Origin: Solirubrobacteraceae bacterium
GTDB lineage: Bacteria > Actinomycetota > Thermoleophilia > Solirubrobacterales > Solirubrobacteraceae
Assembly (NCBI GenBank): GCA_017882425.1
Contig: JADGPM010000236.1
Location: 1 to 48,688, forward strand
DNA length: 48,688 nucleotides
Reading direction: 5' to 3'
Position numbers and translations under genes: made by a program
The notes under the pieces: generated by a model
What the model was told of the DNA's origin: nothing
The model's input: the letters and a program-made list of their open reading frames with translations, nothing else
Databases searched by the model: none
In this document: in pieces, positions 42,247 to 48,688 of the stretch
How the letters are laid out: each line of letters begins with the position of its first letter
Position numbering within the stretch: position 1 is the stretch's first letter

Positions 42247-43934
42247 CGGGCGCGGACACTCGCATCGCCGCGCGGCGGCGAGGCCTCGCGGTTGCCCGCA
42301 CGATCGACGGCGATGCTGAAGTAGCGGTAGCGCGCGCCCCGCGCCAGACGCACGCGCAGCGTGTGGGTCGCCGCCGGGAGCCGCGCGATGCGGCGGGCCG
42401 GGCCGCCGGCGACCGCCCGCCAGATCTCCCAGCTCGCCACGCCCGAGGCGGTCAGCCCGGCGGGCGCCGTGTCGGCGCCGGTCCAGCGCAGCAGACGCGA
42501 GCGCCCCGCGAGCCCGGGCGGCGTGACCGTGAGGTGCGAGAACGGGGGCGTGCGGTCGAGCCCCCGCGCCGCCCGCACCGCGGCGCCCGCATCGAGCACG
42601 CCCCATCCCAGCTCGGGCGTCCAGCCGGTCCCGGCGGGGCGCGCCGCGGTCTGCTTGAGCAGCGCGACGACGTCGGCGACCGGCAGGTCCGGGTTCGCCG
42701 CGCGCATGAGCGCCGCGGCACCGGCCACGAGCGGCACCGCCATCGAGGTGCCCTGGAGGTAGGCCCAGCGCTGGTCGCCGTCGAAGGTCGCGCGGCAGCC
42801 GCAGGGGCGTCCGCTGCCGCCGTCGAAGACGCCGGTCTCCAGTCCGCTCACGCCTTCAGGGAACGCCCCGAGCAGCCCCGCCTGATGGCCGTCCTCGACG
42901 GTCGTCCCGGGCGCCGCGAGCGAGATCTCGCTGCCGCGCCCGGCGAAGGTCGCGCGGCTTCCCGCGAAGGTCGAGGCGGTGACCGACAGCCCGAGGCCGC
43001 TCTTCGGATCCGCGCCCGAGTCGGCCGGCTGGAGGACGTTCGCCGGATACCCCTGGTCCTCGACCGGCGTGTCGGCGGCGGCCGCCACCGGCACCGCCCC
43101 GCGGCGCACCGCGTAGCGCAGCGCGTCGACGAGCGGCTGGGGCGCCGGCCCCGGGTCGTCGGTCCCGAAGCTCATGACGATCGCGCGGGCGCCATGATCG
43201 GCCGCCCAGACGATCGACGCCGCCACCGACGCGTCGCTGAAGTCCGTCCGCGCGACGAGCAGGCGACAGCCGTCGCCGGCGCCGGCGATCCCCAGGCCGT
43301 TCCCGCTGGTCGCGCATGCGAGCGACGCGACGTGGGTGCCGTGGCCGACATCGTCCTGCAGGGCCGGGCCGCCACCGGCGTCCTCGGACACGCTCCCGGC
43401 GATCCGGCCCGCGAGGTCGGGATGCGTCGCCTCGACGCCCCCGTCGATGACGGCGACCAGGACGCCCGTCCCGGCGACCTGGTCCCACGCTGCCGTGAGA
43501 CCGGCCGCGCTCGCCCACCACTCCTCCGGGGTGCCCGGCGGCAGGCCGCCGAGCTGGGTCGGCTCGCTGAGCGCCGGGTCGTCCGGCAGCGCGCGCGGCA
43601 CGGCGCGATGCTCGACCTCGACGCGCGCCACGCGCGGGTCACGGCGCAGCCTGCGCGCGAGGGCGCGCTGCGACGCGCCCGCAACCGGCCGGACGGTGAC
43701 CAGCCGCAGCTGCGGTACCTGCGGGCCCGCGAGCCGCGCGCCGGCTGCCACCGCCACGTGCGCGGCGGCCCTCGCGCCGGCCGGCGCGAGGGTGACGAGC
43801 AGCCGGCCGGTCGCCTGAGCGTGCGGCGCGCCGGACGCCTCAGCGGCAGCGGGCGCCGCGAGCGCGAGCAGCGTGAGGCCGGCTAGTAGCCGAGTGCGAA
43901 CTTCGCGTCCTCGCTCATCTTGTCCGGCGACCAC
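42243..43934 (-). CDS. secreted S8 (subtilisin-family) serine peptidase
   Basis: Signal peptide RTRLLAGLTLLALAAPAAAEA and the catalytic triad motifs VAVIDGG, HGTHVAS and GTSMAVPLVAG. The GTG start overlaps the upstream DUF59 gene by 52 nt. Confidence 0.85.
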   Translation of the reverse strand: MVAGQDERGREVRTRLLAGLTLLALAAPAAAEASGAPHAQATGRLLVTLAPAGARAAAHVAVAAGARLAGPQVPQLRLVTVRPVAGASQRALARRLRRDPRVARVEVEHRAVPRALPDDPALSEPTQLGGLPPGTPEEWWASAAGLTAAWDQVAGTGVLVAVIDGGVEATHPDLAGRIAGSVSEDAGGGPALQDDVGHGTHVASLACATSGNGLGIAGAGDGCRLLVARTDFSDASVAASIVWAADHGARAIVMSFGTDDPGPAPQPLVDALRYAVRRGAVPVAAAADTPVEDQGYPANVLQPADSGADPKSGLGLSVTASTFAGSRATFAGRGSEISLAAPGTTVEDGHQAGLLGAFPEGVSGLETGVFDGGSGRPCGCRATFDGDQRWAYLQGTSMAVPLVAGAAALMRAANPDLPVADVVALLKQTAARPAGTGWTPELGWGVLDAGAAVRAARGLDRTPPFSHLTVTPPGLAGRSRLLRWTGADTAPAGLTASGVASWEIWRAVAGGPARRIARLPAATHTLRVRLARGARYRYFSIAVDRAGNREASPPRGDASVRAR

Positions 43935-44179
43935 GGCGGCGTGAAGACCATCGCGGACTCGACGGCGTCGACGCCGTCGAGCTCGGTCACGAACTCCTCG
44001 ATCTGCTGAGCGACCATCGGCCCGATCGGGCAGGCGGGCGTCGTCAGCGTGTAGGTCACGTGAACGTCACCGCCGTCGACCGTGATCCCGTAGATGAGAC
44101 CGAGCTCGACGAAATCGAGACCGAGCTCGGGATCGATGACGTTCGTCAGGGCCTCTTCGACCTCTTCGACAGTGGGCAT
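43883..44179 (-). CDS. sufT: DUF59/SufT-family Fe-S cluster assembly protein
   Basis: 98 aa with VIDPELGLDFVELGLIY and TLTTPACP. Confidence 0.85.
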   Translation of the reverse strand: MPTVEEVEEALTNVIDPELGLDFVELGLIYGITVDGGDVHVTYTLTTPACPIGPMVAQQIEEFVTELDGVDAVESAMVFTPPWSPDKMSEDAKFALGY

Positions 44180-44205
44180 GGCACGAGTGTAGAACGCGCG
44201 CTCAG

Positions 44206-44571
44206 GTGGTGTTCAGGCATGCACCTGCGACTTCGAGTACCGTCAGGCGCATCGTCTCGTTGAGCATCAACCCCCCTGTGTTGCATTGTTCCGGGGACGA
44301 GGATCGGTCCACGCAGAGCCTTCGCCGTCAGGCGTTGTCGCGAGCCCTGACGGTGGAGGACGACCTCGTCGTGGACCTCAGCCGTCTGGCGTTCGCCGAC
44401 GCGTCGCTGATGGTCGACCTCGCAATGGTCGCTCGGCGCCTGCGCAAGGCCGGGCGGGCCATGCACCTGCAGGGCGCGGCGCCGCAGATCCGCACCCTGA
44501 TCGAGCTCGTCGGCCTGCACCGCCTGCCCGGCGTGAGCTTCGACGGGCCCGCGCCCGCCACCGCCTTCTAG
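44206..44571 (+). CDS. STAS-domain anti-sigma-factor antagonist-like protein
   Basis: LHCSGDEDRST...DLVVDLSRLAFADASLMVDL...LQGAAPQIRTLIELVGL. The start is uncertain. Confidence 0.6.
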   Translation: MVFRHAPATSSTVRRIVSLSINPPVLHCSGDEDRSTQSLRRQALSRALTVEDDLVVDLSRLAFADASLMVDLAMVARRLRKAGRAMHLQGAAPQIRTLIELVGLHRLPGVSFDGPAPATAF

Positions 44572-44595
44572 CGACCCCCTACCCTGTGCGGTGCG

Positions 44596-45123
44596 ATGCC
44601 GCTGCTGTTCCTCGCACTGTTCATCATCGTTCCGCTTGCCGAGATCTGGGCGATCATCCAGGTCGGCGAGCTCGTCGGCGTGTGGTGGACGATCGCACTG
44701 CTGATCCTGGATTCGCTGCTCGGCGTGTGGCTGCTGCGCCATCAGGGCCGCCGCGCGTGGGCGCGCTTCACGGGCACGCTCGGCGAGGGCCGCGTCCCCG
44801 CCCGCGAGGTCGCCGACGGCGGCCTCATCATCTTCGGCGCCGCGCTGCTGCTGACGCCCGGCTTTCTCACGGACATCGCCGGCTTCCTCTGCCTGCTGCC
44901 ACCCACCCGCGCTGTGATCCGTCGCGTCGTGCTCGGCCCGCTGGTGACCACCGGCGCCGCGAGCTTCGGCCCGGCGGGCGTCTGGACCGTCCGCGGCGCA
45001 CAGTGGGGCAGCAGGGGCTTCAACGCCTACGGCACACGGCGCGCGGCACGCAACGACTTCGACGTCGACGGCACCGCCAGCGACGTCGACGCGCCCGAGC
45101 CGCCCGCGCTGCCGAGCACGTGA
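44596..45123 (+). CDS. fxsA: FxsA family membrane protein
   Basis: MPLLFLALFIIVPLAEIWAIIQVG and LLLTPGFLTDIAGFLCLLPPTR. Confidence 0.85.
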   Translation: MPLLFLALFIIVPLAEIWAIIQVGELVGVWWTIALLILDSLLGVWLLRHQGRRAWARFTGTLGEGRVPAREVADGGLIIFGAALLLTPGFLTDIAGFLCLLPPTRAVIRRVVLGPLVTTGAASFGPAGVWTVRGAQWGSRGFNAYGTRRAARNDFDVDGTASDVDAPEPPALPST

Positions 45124-46046
45124 CGGTCGTTCCGGAGTTCGAGGCGCCGCGCCCGGCGATCGGCGACGGCTTCACCGACGCGATCACGCTCGCGTTCGGC
45201 GACCTGGTCGCGGAGGTCTACGGCACCGTCCGCCTGGGCCTCGCCGAGGGCCGCAGCGCGAGCGGCCTCGCGCTGCTCTTCCAGGGCGACGAGCTCGTGA
45301 CGGTCGCCGCCGAGGGCGGCCTGGCGGTCGAGGACGCCTCGGCCTGGGAGCAGGTGAGCGCGGCCGGCCTGGACGTCGAGACGCTCGAGCCGCTGCGTGC
45401 GTGGCGGGTGCACTTCGCCGGCGAGGACGCGAGCCTCGACCTCGAGGTCGAGGCGACGGGCGTGCCCTTCGAGCTGGAGGCCAAGGATCCGGTCGCGCGC
45501 GCGGGCGGCATGCTCGGCTACGACCAGCCGGTGCGCGTGCGCGGCACCGCCGAGCTGCGCGGCCGGCGCCTGCAGCTCGACGGGCTCGGTCAGCGCGGGC
45601 ACTCGTGGGGCACCCCGGACTGGTCGCGCATCGAGCGCACGCGGACGCTCGCGGCATGGTTCGACGGTGCGGCGGTCTCGGCGACGGCGATCCGGCCCGC
45701 CGGACGCGACGCCCATGGCGACGAGGTCATCGGCGCCGTCGTCTTCGAGGCCGGCGACGAGGCCGGCGAGGGCCTCGCGGACGGGCATGCCCGGGTCGAG
45801 GACCCCCGAATCTCCACGACGTTCGACGCCGAGGGTCGCCAGCAGCGCGCGGCGCTCGAGCTCTGGGTCACCGAGGACGGACCGCCGCGGCGCGTCTGGG
45901 GCGAGGTCGTCTGCGGCACGACGCTCGACCTCGGGCGCCTGCGCCTGGACTGCTCGTTCATGCGCTGGCACATGGGCGGCCGCGAGGGCGTCGGCCGCTA
46001 CGACGTGCTGCGCCGCGCGCCGGACGCCGATCCGGCGACGGCGTGA
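45120..46046 (+). CDS. hypothetical protein (308 aa), coupled between fxsA and the HAD gene
   Basis: The GTG at 45120 overlaps the fxsA stop (GTGA). This is the in-frame last 308 aa of ORF 44286..46046. Contains GQRGHSWGTPDW. No family recognised with confidence. Confidence 0.6.
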   Translation: MTVVPEFEAPRPAIGDGFTDAITLAFGDLVAEVYGTVRLGLAEGRSASGLALLFQGDELVTVAAEGGLAVEDASAWEQVSAAGLDVETLEPLRAWRVHFAGEDASLDLEVEATGVPFELEAKDPVARAGGMLGYDQPVRVRGTAELRGRRLQLDGLGQRGHSWGTPDWSRIERTRTLAAWFDGAAVSATAIRPAGRDAHGDEVIGAVVFEAGDEAGEGLADGHARVEDPRISTTFDAEGRQQRAALELWVTEDGPPRRVWGEVVCGTTLDLGRLRLDCSFMRWHMGGREGVGRYDVLRRAPDADPATA

Positions 46047-46675
46047 GCTCCGTCCGCGCCGTCATCAGCGACTTCGGCGGCGTGCTGAGCTCGCCGCTGG
46101 CCCCGGCGTTCGCGGCCGTCCAGGCCGAATCGGGGATCCCGAGCGCAGCCCTCGGCGCGGCGATGAGCCGCCTGGCAGAGCGCGACGGGCGCCACCCGCT
46201 GTACGAGCTGGAGTGCGGGCGCATCACCGAGCACGACTTCCTCGAGCGCGTCGGCCGCGAGGTCGCGGCCGAGGTCGGGCACCCGGTCGAGATGCACGAG
46301 TTCTCGACGCGCTGGTTTGCGGCGCTCGAGACGAATCACGTGATGGTCGACTACCTGCGGGGGGTCGCCGAGCGCGGCTACCGGATGGCGATCCTCACGA
46401 ACAACGTCCGCGAGTGGGAGCCGCGCTGGCGCTCGATGCTCCCCGTCGACGAGATCTTCGAGCTCGTCGTCGACTCCGCGTTCGTCGGCATGCGCAAGCC
46501 CGACCCGGCGATCTACCAGCTGACCTGCGAGCGCCTCGGCATCCCGCCCGAGGCCTGCCTCTTCATCGACGACTTCGAGCACAACTGCGCCGCCGCCACG
46601 GAGCTCGGCCTCACCGCCGTCCACTTCCGGACGACCGACCAGGCGATCGAGGAGATCGAGTCCGCGCTGGACTGA
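46043..46675 (+). CDS. HAD-IA family hydrolase
   Basis: The GTG at 46043 overlaps the previous stop (GTGA). HAD motifs are VISDFGGVL, ILTNN, GMRKPD and FIDDF. Confidence 0.85.
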   Translation: MSSVRAVISDFGGVLSSPLAPAFAAVQAESGIPSAALGAAMSRLAERDGRHPLYELECGRITEHDFLERVGREVAAEVGHPVEMHEFSTRWFAALETNHVMVDYLRGVAERGYRMAILTNNVREWEPRWRSMLPVDEIFELVVDSAFVGMRKPDPAIYQLTCERLGIPPEACLFIDDFEHNCAAATELGLTAVHFRTTDQAIEEIESALD

Positions 46676-46745
46676 AGACCGTCCCGGCACCACGCCGTTC
46701 GGATGGCTGAGGCGGATGGAGCGCGCGCGGTCTGAGAGGGAAGCA

Positions 46746-46779
46746 GGCATGTGGGCTGTGCAGCTGCACGCCCGATGCC
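46746..46779. terminator. imperfect long palindrome between convergent genes (bidirectional terminator candidate)
   Basis: GGCAT-gt-GGGC-t-GTGCAG|CTGCAC-GCCC-g-ATGCC, nested inside a 9-bp inverted repeat CTGAGGCGG (46707-46715) / CCGCCTCAG (46807-46815). Confidence 0.45.
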
Positions 46780-46811
46780 GATGACGCCCTCAGATCACGC
46801 GAGGCGCCGCC

Positions 46812-47267
46812 TCAGTTATCCGAACCCATGCGGTCCCAGAGATAGAGCTCCAGGCACTCCTCCGCGAGCTCCATGCAGCGCTCGCGACCGAGCGCCGGGA
46901 GGACGGTCTCCAGGGCCTGCTCCTCGGACACGCCGGCGTCGAACGCCTCGTCCCCGCGGAAGCCGGCGGCGATCTTCAGCGCCTCGCGGCGGTTCTCGCC
47001 GAGCGACGGGAAGACGCCCACGAGGAAGTCGCGGTTGGCGATCGGCTGCCCCACCTCCAGCGAGGCGTGCCATGCCGCGAGCATCGAGAGGTCGTGCTCG
47101 TCCAGATCGGCGATCGCCTTGACGTAGTGCGACTCGAGCTCAGACTCGGGAATCGCGTCGACCCACGCGCGCACGAGCTCGCCGAGGAGCTGCCGCCGGG
47201 CCTCGCGGCCCACGGACTCCGCGATCACGCGGATCGCGTCCTGAGGTTCGATGAAGCACAGGGGCAT
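46812..47267 (-). CDS. hypothetical acidic helical protein (151 aa) downstream of the sigma/anti-sigma gene
   Basis: This is the last 151 aa of ORF 46812..47891, from MPLCFIEPQD. The composition is protein-like. No family recognised. Confidence 0.55.
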   Translation of the reverse strand: MPLCFIEPQDAIRVIAESVGREARRQLLGELVRAWVDAIPESELESHYVKAIADLDEHDLSMLAAWHASLEVGQPIANRDFLVGVFPSLGENRREALKIAAGFRGDEAFDAGVSEEQALETVLPALGRERCMELAEECLELYLWDRMGSDN

Positions 47268-47332
47268 TGCGAGGCGCAACGTACGCCTCCCACCGGACGG
47301 CACGGCGCGCGTGACCCTGCGCGACCTGCGGG

Positions 47333-48550
47333 CTACTCGATCCCGAGCTCGGGCGAGCCCCCGCCCGCGCTCGGCGCCGGAGCCGCTGCGGGCGCCGGCG
47401 CCGTCGGCGCCGAGGCCGCCGTGGCGCGCACCACCGTCGCACGGGCGGGGCGGCTGCGGGGCGCTCGGCGTGCGCTCGCGTGGTGCGTCGTGCGGGTGCC
47501 CGCCGTGAGGGCGACGACGTGACGGCGCGCGATGCCGTCCGGGCCCGACGCGCGCCCCGACGGGGCGATCGCGGCCGCGTGCACGGAATCCGCGGCCGGC
47601 CGCGAGACCTGCTCCATCGCGACCGCGCCACCGCCCGCGACCGCGGCGGCGGAGGCGGCGACCGCGGTCATCTTCGTCGCCGAGGCCCCTGCGCCGTCCA
47701 CGAGCATCTGCGCCCGCACGAACGACGAGGCCGCGCGCTCGTTGAGCCACGTCGTCGTCGCCTCGTACAGGCGCAGGAAGAGGTGGCTCGCGGGCTCGGC
47801 GTGATCTGCGAGCGCCGCCGCAGCGACCCCCGGGAAGACGACCGACAGCGGCGTGCTCGAGCGATGCAGCTCGCGGACGACGGCGCGGCACGGCGAGCAG
47901 CGACGCAGATGCGGGCGCAGCTCCACGAGCTCGTCACGCGTCGCCTCGCCGTCGACGAGCGCTGAGAGCAGCGGCTCCCAGCGCCGGCACTCGTCGCCCG
48001 ACTCGATGCCCGCGTAGCGCTCCAGGAAGCTGCGACGACCCTCGTACAGGCAGCGATTGACCTTCGTTCTCGTCCACCCGGTCTGCTGCTGGATCTCGTC
48101 GTACGAGTTGCCCTGCGCACGCAGCCACAGCGCTCGGACCTCCTGGGGCTTGAGGCGCTGGAGCGCCTCGGCGGAGCGCTCGACCTGCTCGAAGCCGATC
48201 ACGCGCTCCTCGGGCCCGGGGGCGTTGCGCGCCTCGAACAGGTCCAGGTCGACCTCGGCCGGGCCGACCTCGCGCTGGCGGCTGCGCCGGACCGCCATGG
48301 CCTCGTGCTTGACGACCGTGCGCAGCCACGAGGGCGCGCGCTCGGGGTCGAGCCTGCCCGCGTGGCGCAGGAAGATCTCCATCCCGCGCTGGTAGGCGTC
48401 CTGGGCGTCGTCCGCGCAGAGGCTGTGCCGTCGCGCGAGGCGCAACAGGCCGTCGGCGTGCAGGCGCACGGTCTCGACGACGAGCGTCTCGAGCTCCTCC
48501 CGCGTCAGCTCGCGCCCGGCGGGCGGCTCGGCGGCTGCTGTCTCTTCCAT
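47333..48550 (-). CDS. ECF-type sigma-70 factor fused to a ZAS anti-sigma domain and a long C-terminal tail
   Basis: The sigma-2 region is DDAQDAYQRGMEIFL...WLRTVVKHEAMAVRR. The sigma-4 region is LKPQEVRALWLRAQGNSYDEIQQQTGWTRTKVNRCLYEGR. These are followed by C-x25-H-x3-C-x2-C (CRRW...HLRRCSPC), a weakly hydrophobic Ala-rich segment and an Ala/Pro/Arg-rich tail. Confidence 0.85.
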   Translation of the reverse strand: MEETAAAEPPAGRELTREELETLVVETVRLHADGLLRLARRHSLCADDAQDAYQRGMEIFLRHAGRLDPERAPSWLRTVVKHEAMAVRRSRQREVGPAEVDLDLFEARNAPGPEERVIGFEQVERSAEALQRLKPQEVRALWLRAQGNSYDEIQQQTGWTRTKVNRCLYEGRRSFLERYAGIESGDECRRWEPLLSALVDGEATRDELVELRPHLRRCSPCRAVVRELHRSSTPLSVVFPGVAAAALADHAEPASHLFLRLYEATTTWLNERAASSFVRAQMLVDGAGASATKMTAVAASAAAVAGGGAVAMEQVSRPAADSVHAAAIAPSGRASGPDGIARRHVVALTAGTRTTHHASARRAPRSRPARATVVRATAASAPTAPAPAAAPAPSAGGGSPELGIE

Positions 48551-48580
48551 GATGCGGCGATCCCCCGGATTGCTGTGAGT

Positions 48581-48589
48581 CCGTTCAGC
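48581..48589 (-). promoter_or_regulatory. GCTGAACGG box (ECF -35-like), proximal copy
   Basis: The minus strand reads GCTGAACGG, 31-39 nt upstream of the sigma-gene ATG. An identical 9-mer recurs 90 bp further upstream. Confidence 0.3.
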
Positions 48590-48646
48590 AGAGGTGCAGG
48601 ATTCCGGAGGCGCTCCCCCGCCGAGCGGACCCTGGACGCCGAAATG

Positions 48647-48661
48647 TGCGCAAATTGCGCA
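48647..48661. promoter_or_regulatory. perfect 7-1-7 palindrome TGCGCAA-A-TTGCGCA (operator candidate)
   Basis: Flanked on both sides by GAAAT and about 100 nt upstream of the sigma-gene start. It shares GTGCGCAAAT with 19155..19170. Confidence 0.4.
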
Positions 48662-48670
48662 GAAATCGTG

Positions 48671-48679
48671 CCGTTCAGC
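48671..48679 (-). promoter_or_regulatory. GCTGAACGG box (ECF -35-like), distal copy
   Basis: Identical 9-mer to 48581..48589, spaced exactly 90 bp from it. Confidence 0.3.
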
Positions 48680-48688
48680 GCGCCCGCG

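Noticed and set aside
1-48688. Search for tRNA/rRNA genes, CRISPR repeat arrays, transposase or integrase genes, terminal inverted repeats, prophage genes and toxin-antitoxin pairs.
   Set aside because: I found none. There are no T-loop-like GGTTCGAATCC motifs, no regularly spaced direct repeats of 25 nt or more, and no DDE, tyrosine- or serine-recombinase signatures in any frame. A by-eye scan can miss small RNAs.

Overview
This is a very GC-rich segment, roughly 70% G+C or more by eye. It reads like the chromosome of a high-GC Actinomycetota organism. That assignment is an inference from composition, TANNNT leaderless-type promoters, a mec/cysO/cysM-type sulfur-carrier cluster, WS/DGAT, a LAL-type regulator and Flp pilin. 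I support about 52 protein-coding genes, and most long ORFs in the six-frame track are Arg/Ala/Gly/Pro-rich antisense artefacts of the GC content. I saw no rRNA, tRNA, CRISPR array, transposase, integrase or phage genes.

Gene order:
- small membrane ORF, CDF transporter, rdgB-rph-murI, orphan Flp pilin, glycosyltransferase
- two coupled zinc-ribbon proteins, HDAC-family deacetylase, nadB, an isolated Zn-knuckle hypothetical
- PLP decarboxylase, hyuA/hyuB, a small ORF coupled to a LAL (AAA-TPR-LuxR) regulator, an NAD(P) oxidoreductase
- a block of unknowns at 19.1-22.4 kb: a 4-Cys protein, a terminator, then DUF1802-like, DUF1152-like and an unknown
- a minus-strand sulfur-carrier operon at 22.4-27.2 kb: rhodanese-E1, CysO-like GG-S carrier, aminotransferase, CysM, TatA, JAMM/Mec, Zn-ribbon-DUF2007
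- NarL-type two-component system, SCO copper chaperone, a large membrane protein plus micro-ORF, a secreted Lys-rich protein
- GNAT, thioredoxin-like protein, metallophosphoesterase, CoA-transferase, ispH, class-III aminotransferase, M28 peptidase, acyl-CoA dehydrogenase, WS/DGAT, S8 protease, SufT/DUF59
- STAS, fxsA-unknown-HAD chain, and an ECF sigma factor fused to a ZAS anti-sigma domain

Best candidates for something undescribed:
1. The three-gene DUF1802-like/DUF1152-like/unknown operon at 20017-22349 and its 4-Cys neighbour.
2. The atypically composed sulfur-carrier (E1/Ubl/JAMM) operon with an embedded aminotransferase and tatA.
3. The sigma/anti-sigma fusion with its repeated upstream boxes.
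4. Four genes whose conserved N-termini lie upstream of any ATG/GTG/TTG codon, two of them at CTGA stop/start overlaps.
5. A recurrent TANNNT box 6-8 nt before start codons, implying many leaderless mRNAs.

All family calls come from motif recognition by eye and need HMM or BLAST confirmation.
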